5,867 bases of DNA from positions 1-5,867 of IMG/VR virus record IMGVR_UViG_3300023492_000064. One strand, 5' to 3'. The notes below the pieces were generated by a model. It had not been told where the DNA came from. It did not search any database and saw nothing but the letters and a program-made list of their open reading frames with translations. The translations under genes and the position numbers were made by a program. Shown here piece after piece: positions 1-4,277 of this stretch (its first letter is position 1; every line of letters starts with the position of its first letter). Source of the DNA: a virus.

Positions 1-55
1 TTGGGCTGCGCCCCTAGATGGTTGGCAAGTCCTGACATCTTCTGGTGCTTGGTCT
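1..55. repeat. Left copy of the 55-nt exact terminal direct repeat (circular-genome assembly overlap)
   Basis: Bases 1-55 (ttgggctgcgcccctagatggttggcaagtcctgacatcttctggtgcttggtct) are identical to 5813-5867 in a base-by-base comparison. Confidence 0.97.
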
Positions 56-214
56 TATCAGTCCATGAAAGTTCGTCCTCAACAGCTTAATTCTATTTTC
101 GTGCCGCAGATTGATTCTACTAATTGCTCTGTTGCATTTGATCAGCTGTTATGTAATGTTAATTTCCAAGTGTATGCTGTTCAGAACTTGGATCGTAATG
201 GTTTACCTTGTTAA
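2..214 (+). CDS. VP1: C-terminal end of the same VP1 major capsid gene. Bases 1-55 duplicate 5813-5867; the unique continuation is 56-211, with stop TAA at 212-214.
   Basis: Position 5867 completes a codon, and its equivalent in the repeat is position 55. The next codon starts at 56 (TAT) and reads YQSMKVRPQQLNSIFVPQIDSTNCSVAFDQLLCNVNFQVYAVQNLDRNGLPC, then TAA at 212-214. The frame at 2, 5, 8... matches the frame of 5814 onward. Confidence 0.9.
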   Translation, partial: WAAPLDGWQVLTSSGAWSYQSMKVRPQQLNSIFVPQIDSTNCSVAFDQLLCNVNFQVYAVQNLDRNGLPC

Positions 215-225
215 TTTGTTTTGTT

Positions 226-669
226 ATGAGAAATTTTGCTTATAAAAATCCCGATTTTTTAGAGGATGATTTTACTCCTGAGCTTGTTGAAGAAAATCCG
301 TGTTATCAGGCATCTGTATATGATCAGGTTATGTATGATGAAACTCCTGATGGTGATCTGATTCAGTGCGATATGACCCAAATCTTGTTGAATCAGGAAA
401 AATATCGTCGTCTACTTGGTGATATGAATGTTCAGAACATTCTTGCTCAGATGCATCCTACGCGGTCTACTACTATGGATAGCATGACTGATGAAGAGCG
501 ATTCGCTTGTGTTATTTCTCGTCATTGTCAGACAATGTCGGAACGTCAAGCTGTGTTACAGCAGTTGGCTAGTGAAAAATCTGAGCTAACGGCTTATGCC
601 GAAGCGATGTTGGCAGAGCAACAGTCAGCGCCCGATCCGTCGTCCGCCCCTGACGCTTCTGTTCAATGA
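226..669 (+). CDS. Hypothetical 147-aa protein between VP1 and VP2. Its position and size fit an internal scaffolding (VP3-like) role, but I cannot establish the function from sequence.
   Basis: Track ORF 208-669 begins at TTG. The first ATG is at 226 (MRNFAYKNPDFLEDDF...), 12 nt after the VP1 stop. It has T-ending codon usage like the core genes. The N-terminal half is acidic, there is a motif MTDEERFACVISRHCQTMSERQ, and the tail is Pro/Ser-rich (SAPDPSSAPDASVQ). Its stop TGA (667-669) overlaps the VP2 start ATG (666-668) as ATGA, which suggests translational coupling. Confidence 0.75.
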   Translation: MRNFAYKNPDFLEDDFTPELVEENPCYQASVYDQVMYDETPDGDLIQCDMTQILLNQEKYRRLLGDMNVQNILAQMHPTRSTTMDSMTDEERFACVISRHCQTMSERQAVLQQLASEKSELTAYAEAMLAEQQSAPDPSSAPDASVQ

Positions 670-1787
670 GATTCTATGATATTGGAGAGAACCCCTTAAT
701 GGGGCTCTCTGAAAAGTGTATTGCTCCGCTTGTTCTTGGTGGTATTATTGCTGCTGGTGCTTCTCTTGCTGGTAATGCGATCGGATCCGCTTCTCAGAAT
801 AAGACCAATCAGACTAGTATTGATATTAATCGTGAGAATAACGCATTTAATGCTCATCAGGCTCAGATCCAGCGTGATTGGCAAGAAAAAATGTGGGGAA
901 TGAATAATTCTTATAATTCCCCCAATGCTATGATTTCTCGTGGTCTAAACCCATTTGTTCAAGGTTCTGCTGCTATGGCCGGCTCGAAGTCCCCTGCTTC
1001 AGGCGGTGCTGCTGCTTCTTCTGCTGGTATGCCTAGTTTACAAGCGTTTCGCCCTGATTTTTCCGATGTTGGTTCTGCTCTTGCTTCTATGGCTCAGGCT
1101 CGTGCTGCTATGCTTAATGCTGAGAGTAATGCTGCTCTTACCCCGTATAAGATGCAACAAATTCTCGGCGATACCAATTATCGTAATATTGGTGTTGGCC
1201 AGTCAGGTTATTGGAATGCGTCTACCGGCCGTCGTTCTGCTTTGTTAGACCAATCTAAGGAGTATCAGGAACTTAAGAATATGGAATTTGCTGGTCGTCT
1301 TACTTCTGCTCAAGAAGCGCAGATTCTCCTTGATTCTGAAGCCCAACAGGTGCTTAATAAGTATCTTGATGAACAACAACAGGCTGATCTTTTTATCAAA
1401 GGTCAGACCTTGTCTAATTTGTATGCTCAAGGTTCTCTTACAGAGGCTCAGTATAAAACTGAGATGGCTAAAGCTGTAAAAACTGCTGCTGAAACCAATG
1501 GCATTCGTATTAATAATAAGATTGCTTCCCAAACTGCTGATTCTCTGATTTATGCTAATATTCAGTCTAATCGTGCTCGAGGTTTATCTTCATTATGGGA
1601 ATCTAAGAATACCAATGTGCTTAAAAATATTGAGTATTCTAAGGATAAGGCTTTACGTGATTATTATAAGTGGAGTTCTAAGCATAAACAGAAAGACGTA
1701 GATTCTTATGAGTTACGTAATGCTGTGGATTATGGCTCACGTATATTCCAAGGTATTGGTAGTTCAATCGGTACTAAGATTAGATAG
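666..1787 (+). CDS. VP2: VP2 minor capsid / DNA pilot protein (phiX174 H-like), 373 aa
   Basis: It has an N-terminal hydrophobic Gly/Ala-rich segment, CIAPLVLGGIIAAGASLAGNAIGSA. This is followed by NRENNAFNAHQAQIQRDWQEKMWGMNNSYNSPNAMISRGLNPF (about 828-957), which matches the conserved block I recall from microvirus VP2 proteins (N..FNA..AQ..RDWQE.MW...N.YN.P.....R....GLNP). Next come an Ala/Ser/Gly-rich linker and a long Gln/Glu/Lys-rich helical region. An alternative start is ATG 699 (MGLSEK...). Confidence 0.87.
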   Translation: MRFYDIGENPLMGLSEKCIAPLVLGGIIAAGASLAGNAIGSASQNKTNQTSIDINRENNAFNAHQAQIQRDWQEKMWGMNNSYNSPNAMISRGLNPFVQGSAAMAGSKSPASGGAAASSAGMPSLQAFRPDFSDVGSALASMAQARAAMLNAESNAALTPYKMQQILGDTNYRNIGVGQSGYWNASTGRRSALLDQSKEYQELKNMEFAGRLTSAQEAQILLDSEAQQVLNKYLDEQQQADLFIKGQTLSNLYAQGSLTEAQYKTEMAKAVKTAAETNGIRINNKIASQTADSLIYANIQSNRARGLSSLWESKNTNVLKNIEYSKDKALRDYYKWSSKHKQKDVDSYELRNAVDYGSRIFQGIGSSIGTKIR

Positions 1788-1794
1788 CATACTT

Positions 1795-1987
1795 TAGGAC
1801 TAGAAGCCCATCGCGGCGTTTGAGCGATATACACCCGCCGCCCGCGTAGGGCCTGATCGAAATATGGAGCGGAGCGACTTCCTTAGAGAAGCGTTCCGCT
1901 TCGGTATTTTAGCACGGAGTGCGCAAAGGCAGATTCTATCTGATCTGCCGTGCCTATACACCCCTGTATACATCCACTTCTGTCCTA
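1795..1987 (+). other. G+C-rich structured domain in the large intergenic region: a closing helix plus four hairpins. Candidate complementary-strand origin or structured nucleic-acid element.
   Basis: TAGGACtAGAAG (1795-1806) pairs with CTTCTGTCCTA (1977-1987), giving 11 bp with one bulged T (1801). Internal hairpins are as follows. A, 1806-1852: GCCC/GGGC plus CGCGG/CCGCG, with alternative register GCGGCG 1813-1818 / CGCCGC 1836-1841. B, 1866-1902. C, 1928-1949: GGCAGAT/ATCTGCC, extendable by GCAC 1912-1915 / GTGC 1950-1953. D, 1955-1970: TATACA-CCCC-TGTATA. Hand count gives 98 G+C in the 180 nt of 1801-1980 (38/60 in 1801-1860), against 19/60 in coding 1501-1560. No track ORF falls in 1788-2038 on either strand. 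Confidence 0.5.
1866..1910 (+). terminator. Strong imperfect hairpin followed by a T-rich tract. Possible terminator of the VP4-VP1-VP2 transcription unit; it is also hairpin B of the structured domain.
   Basis: AGCGGAGCG (1868-1876), bulged A1877 and CTTC (1878-1881) pair with GAAG (1888-1891) and CGTTCCGCT (1892-1900). That is 13 pairs including one G:T, with a 6-nt loop CTTAGA. It extends to 1866/1902 and is followed by GGTATTTTA. It lies about 80 nt downstream of the VP2 stop. The T run is short and not directly adjacent to the stem, so the terminator call is weak. Confidence 0.3.
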
Positions 1988-2023
1988 GATCTGTTAGTAA
2001 TGGACCTAGGATTTGTTAATTAA

Positions 2024-2049
2024 GCGAAGCCCCTAGTTGTGTGCGAAGC
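2024..2049 (+). repeat. Two exact copies of GCGAAGC (2024-2030 and 2043-2049), the stable DNA mini-hairpin heptamer, spaced 19 nt start to start
   Basis: Read directly: taaGCGAAGCccctagttgtgtGCGAAGCaaaa. Each heptamer can form a GC/GC stem with a GAA loop. Confidence 0.6.
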
Positions 2050-2151
2050 AAAACTCGAGTTATCATCTCGATTTCTCCCTTCCCTTGTCCATAAACGCAC
2101 AACTCACACTATATTTCCAATGGTCCTTTTTCCACAATATTTAAAAAACTA

Positions 2152-2182
2152 TTTGGAAATACAAAAAAAAATCATACCTTTG
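2152..2182 (+). promoter_or_regulatory. Candidate Bacteroides-type promoter: -33 TTTG (2152-2155), 19-nt spacer, -7 TACCTTTG (2175-2182)
   Basis: It matches the Bacteroides fragilis primary-sigma consensus TTTG / TAnnTTTG as I recall it (spacing 19-21). A manual scan found only three TAnnTTTG matches in the window (2175, 4061, 4516). This is the only intergenic one and the only one with a correctly spaced -33 TTTG. It lies about 50 nt upstream of the first ATG (2233) of the ORF65 - membrane peptide - VP4 - VP1 gene string, ahead of an A/T-rich leader with no Shine-Dalgarno sequence. Confidence 0.45.
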
Positions 2183-2209
2183 TCCGCTGTAGAAGTTACA
2201 ACTATTATT

Positions 2210-2227
2210 AACATTTTAAACATTTTA
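2210..2227 (+). repeat. Perfect tandem duplication of the 9-mer AACATTTTA, immediately upstream of ATG 2233
   Basis: AACATTTTA occupies 2210-2218 and again 2219-2227, read directly. Function is unknown; it lies in the predicted 5' leader. Confidence 0.6.
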
Positions 2228-2232
2228 CAATT

Positions 2233-2430
2233 ATGCAAAAATTTATTATTTCCGTTAAGGAGAAAACCACTGGTCGTGATGTTATTCCGCCTTATGTTGT
2301 TAATTCTCTCGAGGCTCTTGGACATTATTCTGAACGAGTTTCTCGACTGGGTTTTATTGTTATTGTGGACTCGATTAGAGAGGAGAACGATTTTGTCGAA
2401 TTTAAAGCTCAAGCTGATGAAAAGAAGTAA
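2233..2430 (+). CDS. Hypothetical 65-aa protein
   Basis: It starts at an ATG and is the first ORF downstream of the candidate promoter. Codon usage shows the same T-ending bias as the core genes (GTT, GGT, CGT, GAT, CCT, TAT, AAT, TCT, GCT, CTT), unlike the overlapping 153-aa frame. I recognise no motif. The net charge is near neutral, so it is not an obvious J/VP5-like basic DNA-packaging protein. Confidence 0.55.
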   Translation: MQKFIISVKEKTTGRDVIPPYVVNSLEALGHYSERVSRLGFIVIVDSIREENDFVEFKAQADEKK

Positions 2431-2500
2431 TTTTTGGAAAATCGTTATTGGTGCTATTTCTGCTGCTTTAGGCTATATTCTTAGTGCCATTGGTGTTTGA
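2417..2500 (+). CDS. 27-aa single-pass membrane peptide (MKRSNFWKIVIGAISAALGYILSAIGV). Candidate lysis or membrane-active effector.
   Basis: ATG 2417 lies inside gctgATGAaaag and overlaps the last 14 nt of ORF65 in another frame; the stop is TGA 2498-2500. A basic N-terminus (KR, K) is followed by about 20 uninterrupted hydrophobic or small residues with periodic Gly/Ala/Ser. Nearly all codons are T-ending (GTT ATT GGT GCT ATT TCT GCT GCT ... GGT GTT), matching the phage's coding signature. It is the C-terminal tail of track ORF 2039-2500, whose upstream part looks non-coding. Confidence 0.5.
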   Translation: MKRSNFWKIVIGAISAALGYILSAIGV

Positions 2501-2552
2501 TTGATTTTATTATTCATATTTATATTTATTGCCATTTCAGGCTCTTGGTTAT

Positions 2553-4232
2553 ATGAAATTTTCTCCTGATTTGTTTAAGGCAGTTGACCATTGTCAACAT
2601 CGTTCATTTATTACGAATAAGTATACTGGTGCACGCATTGCTGTAGATTGTGGTCAATGTGATTATTGTATCCATAAGAAAGCTAAAAAGGCGTCCATGC
2701 GTGTGAAGACCGCTGGAAGTGCTTTCAAGTATTCTTTTTTTTCTACTCTTACGTATGATAATGAGCATATTCCTCTTATGTATTGTAAGGTTCTTCATAG
2801 TGAATACGAGGATGTCGTAGGCATTTCAGGAGATATCCATTTTGGCGATGAATACCATTCTTATATCCCTGTTTCTGAATATCAATGTGATGATAGCTCC
2901 GCATTGCGTCATGTATTTTTCGAGCAGGTACAGGGTACTGTTCCGTATGACCGTGAAATTAAGGAATATATTCCTGTTAAGGATAATTGGTTCCTTAGTA
3001 TGGATACTATTCGTAGTTTTATCCATAAAACGCAGGCCCTTGAGAAAACGGATTATCCCGTTTCTGAACAATATGGTCGTAATAATCTTATTCCCTTCCT
3101 GAACTATGTCGATGTTCAGAATTACATAAAACGTTTACGTAAATATTTATTTCAAAAATTAGGATCTTATGAATCGTTACATTTCTACGCTGTGGGCGAG
3201 TATGGTCCAGTCCATTTCCGTCCGCATTTCCATTTGTTATTATTCACTGACTCGGACGAAGTCGCAGCGGTTTTACGAGAGTGTCATGATAAGAGTTGGA
3301 AGTTCGGTCGTTCAGATTTCCAACGTGCCGCTGGTGGAGCTGCTTCGTACGTTGCGAGTTACGTTAACAGCCTTAGTGCTGCTCCCTTATTATATCGGTC
3401 ATGCCGCGCGTTTAAGCCCAGATCGCGAGCGTCTGTCGGATTTTTTGAAAAAGGCTGCGATTTCGTGGAAGACGAAGAACCTTATGCGCAAATTGAGCGA
3501 AAAATCGATTCTGTCGTTAACGGAAGAAGCTACAACTTCGGCGGTGTCTGTGTTCGGTCAACTCCACCCATGTCGTATATCCGTACCTTACTCCCCCGAT
3601 TCTCGTCTGCTCGCAATGATGATAGTACTGCGATTATTAGAATTCTTCGAGCTGTACACTCGACGCCAACAAGAATTGCAAGGTTTGGATTCATTGACTA
3701 TAAGCAAGACTCAGTCTTAAATCTTGTTCATTCTTATTATCAATATCTTAAATGTAATCCTATTCTTACTGATGATGATAAGATTATATTACATACTGCT
3801 CGGTGCCTTACTAGGTTCTGCAACAGTTCTAGTGATGTCGATATTAAATCTTATATTAATAAGTTATATCGGCTGTTCTTATATGTCTATAGGTTCTTCC
3901 GTAATTGGCATTTGCCTCCCTTTGGTTCTGATATTAGCGCTTACTCCGGCCGTATTATGTTTATCCTTAAAACTGGAATAGAATATGAGACGAAAAAAAA
4001 TTATGAAAGTCTACGAAATGCATTCAACATACGCTCCCTTAACTCGGAGATATCAGATTGTATGTTTGCGTTGCCTCAGAACGGGCAAGAGCGTGATGTC
4101 TTGTCGAATGTTTCATTTGAAACGGTTCAACTTCTTGAGCAACTCCGGTACCGTAGTGCGACATTCTGTCGTGATATGATTAAGCACAAGAAGCTTAATG
4201 ATGCTAATAATATTTTTAACCGCATGGTTTAG
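2553..4232 (+). CDS. VP4: VP4 replication initiation protein (HUH rolling-circle endonuclease, phiX174 A-like), 559 aa from ATG 2553. The track ORF starts at TTG 2529.
   Basis: It has an N-terminal Cys/His cluster (DHCQH...VDCGQCDYCIHKK). HUH motif I is FSTLTYDNEHIP (2739-2774) and motif II is HFRPHFHLLLF (3213-3245). Motif III, YVASYVNS (3348-3371), has two tyrosines spaced Y-x-x-x-Y as in phiX174 protein A. The length above 500 aa, with a long insertion between motifs I and II and a long C-terminal extension, fits what I recall for Alpavirinae-like VP4 rather than the roughly 300-aa gokushovirus VP4. Confidence 0.93.
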   Translation: MKFSPDLFKAVDHCQHRSFITNKYTGARIAVDCGQCDYCIHKKAKKASMRVKTAGSAFKYSFFSTLTYDNEHIPLMYCKVLHSEYEDVVGISGDIHFGDEYHSYIPVSEYQCDDSSALRHVFFEQVQGTVPYDREIKEYIPVKDNWFLSMDTIRSFIHKTQALEKTDYPVSEQYGRNNLIPFLNYVDVQNYIKRLRKYLFQKLGSYESLHFYAVGEYGPVHFRPHFHLLLFTDSDEVAAVLRECHDKSWKFGRSDFQRAAGGAASYVASYVNSLSAAPLLYRSCRAFKPRSRASVGFFEKGCDFVEDEEPYAQIERKIDSVVNGRSYNFGGVCVRSTPPMSYIRTLLPRFSSARNDDSTAIIRILRAVHSTPTRIARFGFIDYKQDSVLNLVHSYYQYLKCNPILTDDDKIILHTARCLTRFCNSSSDVDIKSYINKLYRLFLYVYRFFRNWHLPPFGSDISAYSGRIMFILKTGIEYETKKNYESLRNAFNIRSLNSEISDCMFALPQNGQERDVLSNVSFETVQLLEQLRYRSATFCRDMIKHKKLNDANNIFNRMV

Positions 4233-4250
4233 TCGTGCGGTTTAATTTCT
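4218..4250 (+). terminator. Hairpin spanning the VP4 stop codon, followed by a T-rich tract. Possible attenuator or terminator between VP4 and VP1.
   Basis: AACCGCA (4218-4224) pairs with TGCGGTT (4236-4242), a 7-bp stem with an 11-nt loop that contains the TAG stop (4230-4232). It is followed by TAATTTCT. Confidence 0.3.
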
Positions 4251-4277
4251 ATAGTTTTTAATCTTATATTATTAATT

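Noticed and set aside
721-1479. Leu-rich + strand ORFs overprinted on VP2 (721-903, 955-1248, 1288-1479). They could be read as phiX174-E-like embedded hydrophobic lysis genes.
   Set aside because: The first two begin at TTG rather than ATG; I did not check the start of the third. All consist of long Leu/Val runs. That is what an alternative frame yields when the real frame uses NNT codons (GCT GCT read as CTG CTG), because T then falls in codon position 2. They are compositional artefacts unless conserved in relatives.
1853-1862. CTGATCGAAA, resembling the hammerhead ribozyme core (CUGAUGA ... GAAA); also AAGCCC at 1804-1809, resembling part of the twister core
   Set aside because: The hammerhead core needs a stem II between CUGAUGA and GAAA and a correctly placed cleavage triplet, and neither is present. 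The remaining twister conserved positions are absent. I also saw no tRNA-like D or T-loop signatures (such as GGTTCGAATCC) in the island.
1982-2011. GTCCTAG (1982-1988) can pair either with upstream TAGGAC (1795-1800) or with downstream CTAGGA / GGAC (2002-2011), suggesting a structural switch
   Set aside because: The alternative downstream helices are only 4-6 bp and CTAG-containing motifs are common in this genome, so this is too weak to call a switch without thermodynamic or covariation support.
1965-2059. A cluster of 6-8 bp palindromes that are restriction sites: TGTATACA 1965-1972, AGATCT 1987-1992, CCTAGG 2005-2010, TTAATTAA 2016-2023 and CTCGAG 2054-2059. It looks superficially like an engineered polylinker.
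   Set aside because: There is no vector backbone, marker or other synthetic hallmark. The rest is an ordinary compact microvirus genome, and several of the palindromes are simply parts of the hairpin stems described above. They could still be dimeric protein-binding sites, but I cannot support that from sequence alone.
2039-2500. A 153-aa track ORF spanning the intergenic region, the promoter and ORF65
   Set aside because: It starts at GTG inside the non-coding region and runs through the candidate promoter. It lacks the T-ending codon bias until its last 27 codons. Only that tail (ATG 2417-2500) looks coding. The 65-aa ORF in the other frame carries the phage's codon signature.
696-3071. 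Minus-strand ORFs (696-884, 1245-1532, 2149-2412, 2604-2798, 2826-3071)
   Set aside because: All are antisense to confident + strand genes and are Asn/Ile/Lys/Leu-rich, as expected for the complement of T-rich coding sequence. Microviridae are known to express genes from one strand only.
2842-4179. Alternative-frame + strand ORFs inside VP4 (2842-3102, 3169-3720, 3724-3981, 3985-4179)
   Set aside because: They are nested in a gene with clear HUH motifs in another frame. They are hydrophobic or low-complexity, as expected from the T-rich codon third position, and have no motifs of their own. 3724-3981 starts at TTG; I did not check the other starts.
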